Origin: an uncultured Methylomirabilota bacterium
GTDB lineage: Bacteria; Methylomirabilota; Methylomirabilia; Methylomirabilales; 2-02-FULL-66-22
Direction of reading: 5' to 3'
Assembly: GCA_963845565.1 (NCBI GenBank)
Contig: CAWJSJ010000002.1
Span: 1,632,001-1,696,000 of the forward strand
DNA length: 64,000 nt
Shown: positions 38,885 through 48,912 of the stretch, one piece after another
How the letters are laid out: each line of letters starts with the position of its first letter
How positions within the stretch are numbered: position 1 is the stretch's first letter
Notes under the pieces: generated by a model
Told to the model about the DNA's origin: nothing
Databases searched by the model: none
Seen by the model: the letters and a program-made list of their open reading frames with translations, nothing else
Translations under genes and position numbers: made by a program

Positions 38885-39288
38885 TCCGGGTGCTGCAGGG
38901 GATCGACGTGGTGGAGGTGACGGCGGTGGCCGAGATGTGCCGGCGCCACCCAGCCTTCCTGCGAGAGACGTTCACCGACGAGGAGCGCGCCTACTGCGAC
39001 GCGCAGGCGGACCCCACCCCCCACCTGGCGGCGCGCTTTGCCGCCAAGGAGGCTGCCCTCAAGGCCCTCGGGCTGGGGTTGGCCGGCCCCGAGGGGATCG
39101 GTGCCTTGGGCGCGGTGGAAGTGGTGCGGCGCCCATCCGGGCGGCCGGAGCTGCGGTTGGTTGGTTGGCCGGCGCGCATGGCATCCCGTTGCAGCGTGCG
39201 GCAGACCACGGTCTCGCTGTCGCATACGGCGGGCGTGGCGATGGCGTCGGTGGTGATGGTGACGGACGAGCCATTCGCGGAGGAGTGA
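38881..39288 (+). CDS. acpS: Holo-ACP synthase (AcpS-type PPTase)
   Basis: GIDVVE, FTDEER.YC, ARFAAKEA.LKALG, SGRP, SLSH. Confidence 0.92.
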   Translation: MIRVLQGIDVVEVTAVAEMCRRHPAFLRETFTDEERAYCDAQADPTPHLAARFAAKEAALKALGLGLAGPEGIGALGAVEVVRRPSGRPELRLVGWPARMASRCSVRQTTVSLSHTAGVAMASVVMVTDEPFAEE

Positions 39289-39292
39289 GCCT

Positions 39293-39745
39293 GTGCGTTT
39301 CCTACTGGTGGACCAGGTCCTGGCGTGCCCGCCCACGGGGCCGGTGCGCGGGGTCAAGAATGTGGCCATGAGCGAGGACTTCCTCGAATTCCATTTTCCG
39401 GGTAATCCGGTGATGCCCGGCGTCCTCTTGCTGGAGGCCATGGCCCAGCTGGCGGGCTGGCGCGAGGCGGCCGTCAGCGACTTCACCCGCTGGTTTCTGC
39501 TGGACCAGGTGCGGCGCAGCGCCTGGTACGGGTTCGTCCTGCCCGGCGATCAGGTGGCCCTGACGGTGGAGCCCTTGCCGGATCCGGCCGACGGCCGGCG
39601 GGCGTTCCGTGGACTGGGTGAGGTGGGTGGCCGCAAGCGCGTGGCCGCCGAGTTCGAGGGCGCGACGGTGCCACTGGCGGAACTGGACGACCCCGCCGTG
39701 CTGCGCCAGCACTTCCGGCGGCTGTGCCGCGAGGGTGGCTTCTGA
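39293..39745 (+). CDS. FabZ-like dehydratase B
   Basis: FLLVD, HFPGNPVMPGVLLLEAMAQ, PGD. Confidence 0.9.
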   Translation: MRFLLVDQVLACPPTGPVRGVKNVAMSEDFLEFHFPGNPVMPGVLLLEAMAQLAGWREAAVSDFTRWFLLDQVRRSAWYGFVLPGDQVALTVEPLPDPADGRRAFRGLGEVGGRKRVAAEFEGATVPLAELDDPAVLRQHFRRLCREGGF

Positions 39746-41028
39746 TGGAGACGCGCACGGTGGCCATCACGGGCGTGGGGCTGGTCAGTGCCCTGGGGCA
39801 TGGGGTGGCGGCCAACTGGGAGGGGGTGGCGGCGGGACGCTCCGGGATGACCGCGGACGGCGATCCGATGTATCCCCCCTGGATCCGTTGGGCGGGTCGA
39901 GTTGCAAATGTCGCCCTGCCGGCGGGGCTGGATCCAAAACTTCTGGGGCAGGCCAAGTTCCTGAACCGCGGCGCCCTGCTTGGGTTGGCGGCGGCATGGG
40001 AAGCGACGCAGCAGGCGGCCCTGCCGGCGGCCCTGCCGGCCGGCCGGCGTGCCCTCTATGTCGCCACCGGCGACTTCACCATGGCGGATTGTACGTTTCT
40101 CTATCCGGCGGTGCGGGACGCATCGGGGGGTCGGTTCCGCAAGCTGGATCCCGAGCGGTTGAACCGGGCCACCGTGGACAAAGTGAATCCGTTCTTCCTG
40201 CTGGAATCCATCACCAACAACCCGTTCAGCTTCGTGTCGGCGGCGCTGGGCTGCATGGGCCCCGGGACGTCGCTGGGCAGCCAGTCCCCCAGTGGGGCGC
40301 ACGCCCTGGAGTTGGGTTACCGAGCGGTGCGAACGGGGCGGGCCGATGCTGCCGTGGTCGTCGGGTGCGGGGCATGGGTGGGCCCAGTGCCCCAGCTGGA
40401 GATGAAGGAGTTGGGCCTATCGTCCGCCGCGCTGGCGGGTGCCGCGTCGTTCCGCCCCTTCGATCGCCGCCGCGACGGCTTCCTGGTCGGGGATGGTGGA
40501 GCGGCGCTGGTGCTGGAGCCGCTCGAGACGGCCCGGGCTCGTGGCGCCGTCGTGCACGGCGTGGTGCGCGGTGTGGGAAACGGCACCGGATCGTCCTCCC
40601 GCCTCGTGGTACAGCCTGAGGTGGCCCTGGCCGCCATGCGCGAGGCATTGGCGGAGGCGGCGGCGGCCCCCGCGGGACTGGGTTTCGTGTGTCCGCACGG
40701 CAGCGGCACGCGCAAGGGAGACCGGAGCGAAGGGGTGGCGTTGTCCGAGCTCTTGGCCGGTACCACCGTACCGGTGTGTGCACTGAAGCCCTATACCGGC
40801 CATCTTGGCGCTGCCAGCGACGTGGGCGAGGTCGTGCTCGGGCTGTCGGCCGCCGTGCACGGCGTGGTGCCCGCCACGCTCCACTTCACCGCGGCCGAGC
40901 CGGCATACGCCGCGCTGGCCCTGGCCGCCACACCGCAGCCCTGCGCCGTTCCCCTGTTCCTGTCGATCAGCTGCGGGCTTGCCGGTCAGGCGGCGGCCGT
41001 GGTGGTGGAAGCGACCCCGAGCCGATGA
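39745..41028 (+). CDS. Ketosynthase-like protein with catalytic Cys replaced by Ser
   Basis: SQSPSG aligns to SACAAG of the first KAS. PHGSGT and KPYTGH are retained. Confidence 0.85.
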   Translation: METRTVAITGVGLVSALGHGVAANWEGVAAGRSGMTADGDPMYPPWIRWAGRVANVALPAGLDPKLLGQAKFLNRGALLGLAAAWEATQQAALPAALPAGRRALYVATGDFTMADCTFLYPAVRDASGGRFRKLDPERLNRATVDKVNPFFLLESITNNPFSFVSAALGCMGPGTSLGSQSPSGAHALELGYRAVRTGRADAAVVVGCGAWVGPVPQLEMKELGLSSAALAGAASFRPFDRRRDGFLVGDGGAALVLEPLETARARGAVVHGVVRGVGNGTGSSSRLVVQPEVALAAMREALAEAAAAPAGLGFVCPHGSGTRKGDRSEGVALSELLAGTTVPVCALKPYTGHLGAASDVGEVVLGLSAAVHGVVPATLHFTAAEPAYAALALAATPQPCAVPLFLSISCGLAGQAAAVVVEATPSR

Positions 41029-41975
41029 GCGCGAAGACCCGCAAGAAAAGCCGCCTGCAGGCGTGGGGGGAGTATGCTCTCGTCTGGACTGTCCTCCACC
41101 TGGCGAAGGCGTTGCCCGCTCCGATCTTGCGAGGCGGCGCGGCGCTGGCGGCCGATGCCGCCTATCGGGTCCTGGGCCGCCGCCGCCGGGTGGCCGAGGA
41201 CAACGTGCGCGCCGCCTTAGGGGCCGAACTGGACGAGGTCGGGGTTCGGGACGTGGCGCGGAAGAGCTTCCGCGCCTTTGCCCGGACCGTGCCCGAGATG
41301 GTCACGATGCACCGGTTCCTCACTGCTCCGGACGCCCGGCGCTGGATGGAGGAGATGGACCCCACCCTGCACGCCCTCTTCGACCGGGTCCGGGCGCTCC
41401 ACGAGCTGCATCGCGGCTGCGTCTTCGTCACGCCGCACCTGGGCAACTGGGAACTGCTCCCCTTTGCCAGCGCCGCCCTGGGCATTCCCATGGTGGTGGT
41501 GGTGCGCCCGCTGGATAACCCCCACCTCGAGCGGCTGGTGTACGCCAGCCGGGCCGGAACCGGCCAGCTCTTCATCCCCAAGCGCAATTCCCTCCTCCCG
41601 CTCCAGCAGATGCTGGCGAGAGGCAAATCGGTAGGCTTGCTCCCGGACCAGAGTACCATGAACGGACTCGCCGTACCTTTCTTCGGACGTCCTGCCTGGA
41701 CGACGCCGGTGCCGGCGGTGCTGGCGCTGCGTGGCGAGCGCCCCCTGGTGGTGGTGGGCTGCGTCAGACGGGCCGACGGCTGGTTCACCGGCCACGTCTC
41801 TGACCCCATTCAGCCCCGGCCCGGGGGCAACGAGCGGGAGGAACTGGTGCGCCTCACCACCGCCATGAACGCCGAGATGGAGCAGGTCATCCGGCGCTTT
41901 CCCGATCAGTACTTCTGGATGCACAACCGCTGGAAGACCTACGGCCGGGATATGGGCGGGGCCGTGGCCCGCTGA
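41025..41975 (+). CDS. Lipid A biosynthesis acyltransferase (LpxL/LpxXL family)
   Basis: HLGNWE, RPLDNP, LPDQ, FFGRPA, PDQYFWMHNRWK. Confidence 0.92.
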   Translation: MSAKTRKKSRLQAWGEYALVWTVLHLAKALPAPILRGGAALAADAAYRVLGRRRRVAEDNVRAALGAELDEVGVRDVARKSFRAFARTVPEMVTMHRFLTAPDARRWMEEMDPTLHALFDRVRALHELHRGCVFVTPHLGNWELLPFASAALGIPMVVVVRPLDNPHLERLVYASRAGTGQLFIPKRNSLLPLQQMLARGKSVGLLPDQSTMNGLAVPFFGRPAWTTPVPAVLALRGERPLVVVGCVRRADGWFTGHVSDPIQPRPGGNEREELVRLTTAMNAEMEQVIRRFPDQYFWMHNRWKTYGRDMGGAVAR

Positions 41976-42395
41976 CACCCACGGTGCAGCGTGATCCGCG
42001 CTACGCGCGGACCGCTGCCCGGTTTCGGACCTTTCCCCGGCGTTGAATTGCTCCAGGCTTACCTCCCACGCCGGATGGCGTGGCGGGGAGATGTCCTGCG
42101 CTATGGACAAGTGGTGGGGCGGGAGCGTTTTCTCCCTTGACGGCTTCGCCCGATCCAAAATAGCATGCCGGCGTAACCCTGTAGCGGACTGTTGGATATG
42201 GTGCTCCAGAAAGGGCAGAGTCACCGGTCGTCGAACTCCCAGACTGTTGTCCGCGCCGATTCGAGTTGCATGTATCTTGAGCCCGCCACATATGGTGGCG
42301 TCGAATCATGCGAGAGTCCGAGGCGTTTCTGGCGCACGTGCGCTGACGGTCACAACCCCTTTCCAGCAACCCGCTGAGGCTACAGGAGGCCGCAT

Positions 42396-44095
42396 ATGAG
42401 TGCCACGATCCTACTTGCGTCCTTGGTGCTCTACCTGGTGTTCTACTTTACCTACGGCAAGTCCCTCCAGAAGAACCTGCTCAAGTCCAACGAAGCGCCA
42501 GATGCTCCCTCGAAGCGGTTGTCGGACGGCGTGGATTACGTGCCCACCAGCAAGTACGTGCTGTTCGGCCATCACTTCGCATCCATCGCCGGCGCGGGAC
42601 CGATCGTGGGGCCGGCCTTGGCCATCGGCTGGGGGTGGCTCCCCTGTCTGGCCTGGATCTGGTTCGGCAACATCTTCATCGGGGCCATTCACGACTATCT
42701 GGCCCTAGTCGCCTCGGTACGCTACGACGGTCGCTCGGTCCAGTACGTGGCCCAGGACCTGATCGGGAAGAAGGCCGGCAAGACCTTCGGCTGGTTCATC
42801 ATGTTCCTCTGCATCCTGGTGGTGGCGGCCTTCGGTGACATCGTGGCCGGGCAGTTCGCGGCGGGGAAGGGGGAGGTCTTCAGCACCTTCTTCCTCTTCT
42901 GCGTGGCCGCGGTGATCATGGGCTATTTCATGTACCAGACCAAGATGGGGGTCGGCCTCAGCACCCTCATCGGCCTCGTCCTCTTGACCGTGGCCTTCTT
43001 CCTGGGCCTGGAGTACGGGGTGAAGGCCAGCAAGGACACTCTGGTTCCTGGTGATCTTCGTCTACATCGTGATCGCCTCGGCCCTGCCGGTGAACTGGCT
43101 GCTGCAGCCGCGGGATTACCTGAACAGCTTCCTTCTCTACTTCGGTCTGCTGGTGGGCGGCCTGGCCGCCGTCTTGGGGGCGCAGGGCCTCACCTCGGTC
43201 CCGGCCTTCACCTCTTTCTCCGCCACCATCATCGGCGGGCAGCCGTCCCCCTTCTGGCCAACGGTGCCGCTGGTGATCGCCTGCGGAGCCCTTTCCGGAT
43301 TCCACGCCCTGGTGGCCTCGGGGACCAGCTCCAAGCAGCTCCGGGAGGAGAAGGATGCCCTCTTCGTCGGCTACGGCGCCATGCTGACCGAGGGGTTTCT
43401 CTCCACCATCGTGATCATCTCCGTCGCCGGCTTCGGGGCCCTGGCCCTCGGCGCCGACAAGGTCCTCACGACCGGGGCCATGCCACGGTTCATCCAGTCC
43501 TACGGGGCCATGGTGTCCTCGGTGCTGCCCTTCCTGAGCCGGGATTTCATGAACCTGTTCGCGGCGGTCTGGGTCTCCTCCTTCGCCTTGACCACGCTCG
43601 ACACCACCAACCGACTCGGGCCGCTACATCGTCCATGAGCTGGCCATGCCCCTGAAGGACACGTCGCCGGGGATCTACGGCGTCCTCCAGAACCGCTGGA
43701 TCGCCTCGGTGATCATCGCCTTCTGCGGCGTGGGTCTGGCCTGGAGCGGGAACTACACTGTCCTGTGGCCGGCGTTCTCCGGGGCCAACCAGCTCATCGC
43801 CTCCATCGTGATGCTGACGGTGGCCATGTGGGTGAAGCACGACCTGAACGAGAAATACGCCAACGTGGTATTGATCCCGGCCGTCCTGCTCTGGATCACC
43901 GTGACCTGTGGCATCATCTGGTACCAGATCGTCGTCGTGCCCGACTTCTTCAAGGCGGGTGCGCCGACGAAGCAGTTGATCACGGGCGTGGTGGTGGGCG
44001 GCATCAACCTGATCATGCTGATCATGAACTTCGTCACCGTGGCTCAGTTCTTCAAGCGGTACGGGAAGAAGGTACTCCGCGAAGCCAAGGCCTGA
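42396..44095 (+). CDS. cstA: Carbon starvation protein A (CstA) transporter, frameshifts near 43040 and 43620
   Basis: DGVDYVP..VLFGHHFASIAGAGPIVGP, LLQPRDY, IACGALSGFH, TTLDT, WP.F.GANQL across three frames. Confidence 0.9.
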
Positions 44096-44120
44096 GCCGG
44101 GCTTTCCACCCGCAAACCCA

Positions 44121-44158
44121 AGCCTGTGCGGCCCCGCTGGGACCGCACAGGCTTTTTT
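44121..44158 (+). terminator. Intrinsic terminator after cstA
   Basis: AGCCTGTGCGG-CCC...GGG-CCGCACAGGCT stem followed by a T-tract. Confidence 0.75.
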
Positions 44159-44161
44159 GCC

Positions 44162-44443
44162 ATGCCGCCAACCCTGTTCGATTACATGCGCAAGGCCTTC
44201 CGGGTCGCCATTCAGGTCCAACGGAGCAAGGCGTCCGGGATGCTGGAGTTCGAGCTGAAGGAACTGGAGAATCTCTTCATGCTCCTCTTGCTGGGCAGCC
44301 TGGTGGGCGTCCCGTCGCCTCCGGCCGCGATGGCGATGGAGCTGTTGCCGTACCTGGAAGACGAGCTCCGGCTCATGCTGGCCCGGGCGGATTTCTCCCA
44401 GGACCCGTTGGGGGCCCTGATGGGGATTCTGGAGATCGACTGA
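44162..44443 (+). CDS. Small CstA/ArsA-associated protein
   Basis: ELENLF.LLLLG.LVG.P.P...ELLPY motif. Lies between cstA and arsA. Confidence 0.8.
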   Translation: MPPTLFDYMRKAFRVAIQVQRSKASGMLEFELKELENLFMLLLLGSLVGVPSPPAAMAMELLPYLEDELRLMLARADFSQDPLGALMGILEID

Positions 44444-44487
44444 GCGGCGCGCCGGGCGGCGCCCGGCGCGGGGGAAGGGGCGGAAAC

Positions 44488-45405
44488 GTGAAGGGCATGG
44501 CCTTCTTTCTGGGGAAGGGGGGCGTGGGCAAGACCACGCTCTCCTCGGCGACAGCCTGCGCGCTGGCCCGGCAGGGTCAGCGGGTGCTGATCGCTTCCCT
44601 GGATCCCGCCCACAACCTGGGGGACGTGTTCGAGGCTCGGCTGGGCAACGAGCCAAGCCGCCTGGCCGAGCGACTCGACGGTCTGGAGGTGGACATTGCC
44701 CACTGGGTCGCCCGCTACCTGGAGCAGAGCCGGGTCGAGATCAAGGCCAACTACGCCTACAATATGAGTCTGAACCTGGACGGGTTTCTGGACATCTTGA
44801 AGTACGCCCCCGGCACCGAGGAGTACGCCGTTCTGTGGGCCATCGAGCACCTCTATCACACCCACAGGGCACGCTACGACGTTCTCGTGCTGGATACGCC
44901 CCCCACCGCGCTCACGATGCGCTTCCTGGCCATGCCTTCCCTCTCGATCCTGTGGGTCCGGGAGCTGACCAAGATGCGCGCGCTGATCCTGCAAAAGCGG
45001 ACGACCCTCCTCAAGGTCAACCCCGACGCCAGCGTCCTCAAGGGGGCGACCGAGAAGAAGGAGGACCGGGTGTACGGCAAGCTCTCCTCCATCCAGGAGC
45101 GCCTGCGGAGGCTCCACGACCTGTTCGTCCGGGACAGCTACCTCACGGTGGTCCTCAACCCGGACGAGCTGTCCCTGGCGGAGTCCCTGCGCATCCGCGA
45201 GGAGCTCCACCGGCTGGGCCTCACACTCCGGAGCGTTTGCCTGAATAAGGCAGCCTCTGAGGCCACTGTGCCGGATAGGCTGTCCGAACGATTCCGGGAC
45301 TTCCCAATCTTCTCTTCACACTTGGCGGTGGATGGAATACATGGGCTGGAGGGGTTGGAACTGGTGGATGTCTCCGCCCTGGTGAGGCATCTGCAGGCGT
45401 CTTGA
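44488..45405 (+). CDS. ArsA/Get3-family single-domain ATPase
   Basis: GKGGVGKTT, SLDPAHNL, PGTEE, DTPPT. Confidence 0.92.
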   Translation: MKGMAFFLGKGGVGKTTLSSATACALARQGQRVLIASLDPAHNLGDVFEARLGNEPSRLAERLDGLEVDIAHWVARYLEQSRVEIKANYAYNMSLNLDGFLDILKYAPGTEEYAVLWAIEHLYHTHRARYDVLVLDTPPTALTMRFLAMPSLSILWVRELTKMRALILQKRTTLLKVNPDASVLKGATEKKEDRVYGKLSSIQERLRRLHDLFVRDSYLTVVLNPDELSLAESLRIREELHRLGLTLRSVCLNKAASEATVPDRLSERFRDFPIFSSHLAVDGIHGLEGLELVDVSALVRHLQAS

Positions 45406-45467
45406 GTTATCGGTCATTCCTGCAGCCTTGGGTCGGCCCCTGGCAGACCCCCACGAGGTGACGGCGC

Positions 45468-46139
45468 GTGGAACCTTACATTCTCCCCTTGATTCTGCTG
45501 GCCCTCTGCACCACGGCTGGCTACTTTTGGGGACGGAAGAAGAACCGATGGATCGGGGCCTGGATCGCTCGGGAGACCGAGGCGGCCCTGCAGCCCCGGG
45601 AGACCACGTACGTCAATATCGGCGGCTGCATCGGTTACCATTTCACCTACGCGCTGGCGGCCCCGTTCCGGGAAGCCAAGGGTACCTTCGCGCTGCTGCC
45701 GCGGCACTCTCTCCTGTACCTGCCGATCTCGTTCCTCATCCGGCGGCACGACCGGTTTTTCCTGCAGCTCTTCACGGACGAGCGGCTACCGGGCGAGGCG
45801 CACATCCTCCGGGAGGACTATTACCAAAAGGATAAAGACCGGATCACGGGCGCCGAGGCGATGCGCCGGGATCGCGTGGTGATCGGGGGAAAGGCCTACG
45901 TGCTGCTCTGGAAGCATTCGGGCCTCGACCGGCGACTCCGGCGGCTGCTCGACCGTCTGGAGGGCCGCGGCGACACGCTCCTGCATTTCTGCTGCTACCC
46001 GGGGAATCGCAACTTCTTCCTGTACATTGCGCCGGTCCATGGACGGCTGGAGCCGCTCCTGCGTGCGACGGTGGAGGAGTTGAAAACCTGGCTGATCAGG
46101 GGAGGCGGAGATGGATCCGGAGACGCAGAAAAAGATTGA
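45468..46139 (+). CDS. N-terminally anchored hypothetical membrane protein
   Basis: TM segment then GRKKNR, and a LLPRHSLLYLP motif. 223 aa. Confidence 0.8.
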   Translation: MEPYILPLILLALCTTAGYFWGRKKNRWIGAWIARETEAALQPRETTYVNIGGCIGYHFTYALAAPFREAKGTFALLPRHSLLYLPISFLIRRHDRFFLQLFTDERLPGEAHILREDYYQKDKDRITGAEAMRRDRVVIGGKAYVLLWKHSGLDRRLRRLLDRLEGRGDTLLHFCCYPGNRNFFLYIAPVHGRLEPLLRATVEELKTWLIRGGGDGSGDAEKD

Positions 46140-46385
46140 TGCGATCCTGGCGCGGGTCAAGGAGCCGGAGACCCGGCGTTCGGTGGGAGACCTCAGTCTG
46201 GTGAAGCGGGTCCGTTATTCGGCGCGCGAGCACGCCTTCGAGGTCTTCATGGATATCGCCGACCCTCGAACCAGTTGCCTTGGTCTGCGGCGTGGTCACG
46301 CCGACCATCCAGACGCAGCATCGAGCGGGATCTGCAAGGGGCATTCGAGCAGGAGTTCCCCGGCTGCCGCGTTCTCTTCTCCTGA
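46111..46385 (+). CDS. DUF59/FeS-assembly-like small protein with CxxC (frameshifted)
   Basis: LARVKEPET..SV.DL.LV. CLVC and ...AFEQEFPG* reconstructed across frames. Confidence 0.65.
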
Positions 46386-46418
46386 TGGGCCCGCCCCGCG
46401 ATCGCGGAGCGTCCGAGG

Positions 46419-47486
46419 TCAAGCCTGGGCGCCGACGTACGGAGCCCGGTTCAGGGCGTCGATCAACTGGCGAAGCCGGCCGAAGTCGCGGCGGTTGAAG
46501 CTGAAGACCAGACGCGGGAGATCCGCCAGGGCGGACTCCTCGGCTTCCTCCGGCAGGGCGGGACCCGTCGAGAACCCGCCGTCCGCGAGGATGTCGCCGA
46601 ACTCGCGCTCCAGGCGCGCCAGCGCGTCGGGCGTGGGGGCGTGGTGAAGCCGCAGGACCAGCCGATTCCCGACGTAGCGGCTGGAATGGTAGTTCCGGTA
46701 GAAGGTCACGATCTCGCTGACGGCCTCGTCGAGGCGATTGGTGACACGGTACAGGGAGAGGTCCTCGGCCGAGATCAGGCCGCGCGCGAGCAGCGTCCCC
46801 CGCACGTAGGCGTCCCAGGCGTGCCAGTAGTCACCCCCCTCTCGGTCCACGCAGACCAACGGCAGCAGCGGGCTCTTGCCGGTCTGGAGCAGCGTCAGCG
46901 TCTCGAAGGCCTCGTCCATGGTGCCGAAGCCGCCCGGGAACAGGGCGATGGCGTCGGTTTCCTTGAGGAAGACCAGCTTGCGGGTGAAGAAATATCGGAA
47001 GGTGATCAGCTTGGCGTCGTTCTGGATGATCTCGTTGGCCGTCTGCTCGAAGGGCAGGCGGATGTTCACGCCGAAGCTCTGATCCCTTCCGGCGCCGTCC
47101 TGACCGGCCTTCATGACCCCCCCGCCGCCGCCCGTGATGACCATCCACCCCTGGGCGCTCACCTCGCGCGCGAAGGCCGCCGCCTGAATGTATTCCGGCG
47201 AGTCGTCGGCGACGCGGGCCGAGCCGAAGATGGTGACCTTTCGCGTGCCGCGGTACGGGGCGAAGACGCGGAAGGCATAGATCAGCTCCCGCAGGGCGGC
47301 GTTCAGGATCTTGACGTCGCCCCGGCTGGTCTGATTCCGGATCAGCCGGAGCGCGCTGTGGATCATCTCCTCCAGGAACTCGGCGTGCGGCGAGCCGCCG
47401 GCTTGCTCGATCAACTGCGAGATCAGCTCGGCACTCGCTCCGTTCGAGCGCGCCGAGGACGTTGTGGTGCCGTGATTCTGTGTCAT
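46419..47486 (-). CDS. LOG-family nucleotide phosphoribohydrolase
   Basis: IFGSAR, ITGGGGGVM, FFTRK, PGGFGTMDE. Confidence 0.92.
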   Translation of the reverse strand: MTQNHGTTTSSARSNGASAELISQLIEQAGGSPHAEFLEEMIHSALRLIRNQTSRGDVKILNAALRELIYAFRVFAPYRGTRKVTIFGSARVADDSPEYIQAAAFAREVSAQGWMVITGGGGGVMKAGQDGAGRDQSFGVNIRLPFEQTANEIIQNDAKLITFRYFFTRKLVFLKETDAIALFPGGFGTMDEAFETLTLLQTGKSPLLPLVCVDREGGDYWHAWDAYVRGTLLARGLISAEDLSLYRVTNRLDEAVSEIVTFYRNYHSSRYVGNRLVLRLHHAPTPDALARLEREFGDILADGGFSTGPALPEEAEESALADLPRLVFSFNRRDFGRLRQLIDALNRAPYVGAQA

Positions 47487-47576
47487 GGTGCTCCTTCTGC
47501 GATAGCGATATCCGACAGGGACAGCAAATCAGTCTAACCGCTGTCGGTTATCCCTGTCCCTGTCGCCCTTCCTGTC

Positions 47577-48509
47577 TCATTGCAACACTCGCTGGGTGAA
47601 GACACCGAGAAATCTATCCGCGTTCACCTCGAGGCACACCTGGGCCGTGGGGGCGGTGAGGCTCCCCCGCCGCAGGTCGGCGACCGTCATCCCGGCCGTC
47701 AGAGCGCCTCGGGTCTCGACCGCCACCGCCATGGGTTCCTGCCTGACGAGAGACGGATCCAGGGTGACGCCCACCGCGAGCGGATCGTGGAGAAAGATCC
47801 CCTCTTCTCCATAGCGCTGGAGATGAAACGTCATGGTGGCCGCCGTGATCCGCCGCACGAACGCGGCCACAGCTCCTTCCAGAGCCGCCGCATCCACGGC
47901 CTGGCGCGTCAGCGTGACGCGCTCCGTGACATCCAGCGGGACCAGCGTCACGGGTAGTCCGGCGTCCAGGACGATGGCGGCCGCCTCCGGGTCCACGGCG
48001 AAGTTGAACTCCGAGACCGGCCCGACGTTTCCGGGCACGCGGATGGCGCCCCCCATGACGGTGAGGGCGCGCAGGCGGCGCATGGTCTCGACGTCCCGCT
48101 GGATCGCCTGGGCCACATTGGTCAACGGGCCCGTCGCGATGAGCGTGAGCTCCTCCGGAAAGCGCCGGATCATGTCCAGCAGGAATCCTGGCGCGTCGCG
48201 GCGGACGGCCCGATCGGACGCGGGGAGGCGGTCGGCCATGCCGCCCAGGCCGTCACCGCCGTGGACCTCGCCGGCCGTTAACCCAGCACGGACGAGCGGC
48301 GCCGCGGCGCCCGCCACCACGGGGATGGCCGGAGCGCCTGCGACATCGAGCACGCGACAGGTGTTGGCGGTAGTCTGGAGGAGGGGCACGTTGCCGCTCA
48401 CCGTGCAGATGCCCTGCACGGCGAACTCGGGCGAGCGGAGCGCCAGTAGGATGGCCAGGGCGTCATCAACCCCCGTATCCACATCCAAGACGACCGGCCG
48501 CGCGCTCAT
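47577..48509 (-). CDS. Inosine-uridine nucleoside hydrolase
   Basis: DVDTGVDD, HGGDG, TGPLTN, EFNF..DP, HDP. Confidence 0.93.
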   Translation of the reverse strand: MSARPVVLDVDTGVDDALAILLALRSPEFAVQGICTVSGNVPLLQTTANTCRVLDVAGAPAIPVVAGAAAPLVRAGLTAGEVHGGDGLGGMADRLPASDRAVRRDAPGFLLDMIRRFPEELTLIATGPLTNVAQAIQRDVETMRRLRALTVMGGAIRVPGNVGPVSEFNFAVDPEAAAIVLDAGLPVTLVPLDVTERVTLTRQAVDAAALEGAVAAFVRRITAATMTFHLQRYGEEGIFLHDPLAVGVTLDPSLVRQEPMAVAVETRGALTAGMTVADLRRGSLTAPTAQVCLEVNADRFLGVFTQRVLQ

Positions 48510-48633
48510 GTCCTGCTACCGTGTCCGAAGACGTGACGCACGCTGCCTGCGCCAACGGGCACGTGGCGACGATGGAGGGCGTCGGGACGGACAAATCGTG
48601 GAAACGGCGAGGGGGAAGATGCCGGGTCGGGTG

Positions 48634-48879
48634 TCAGTTCCGCTCGATGGATTCAAGGACGCGAGCCAGATCCTCTTTGAGCCGCACGTTGATCTTCAGA
48701 CGGTTCAAGAGTTCCGGCTGGTGAGCCCCGAGGTACTGCAAGAGCGCGGTGGCGTCCAGGGGCGCAGTCCGAGGTTGGGTATCCAGAATCCAGTCGGCCA
48801 GCGATTCCTTGTGCAGGCGCCGGAGCTGTGGGTCTTGGAAGATGAGATCGAGTATCCTCTGGGCCAGCGGTTCGTCCAC
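48634..48879 (-). CDS. Small hypothetical protein (81 aa)
   Basis: GTG start with GGAGG RBS and a strong promoter. Helical sequence DEPLAQRILDLIFQD... Confidence 0.75.
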   Translation of the reverse strand: MDEPLAQRILDLIFQDPQLRRLHKESLADWILDTQPRTAPLDATALLQYLGAHQPELLNRLKINVRLKEDLARVLESIERN

Positions 48880-48912
48880 GGAAGAAACCTCCTTTTCCGT
48901 CCAACCGAGCGC

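Noticed and set aside
35510..41975. Ladderane, aryl-polyene or beta-branching PKS cluster
   Set aside because: No radical SAM, methyltransferase, AMP-ligase or HMG-CoA synthase genes in the cluster.
44488..45405. Arsenic-resistance operon
   Set aside because: No arsB, acr3, arsC, arsD or arsR nearby. The ATPase is single-domain and in a cstA context.
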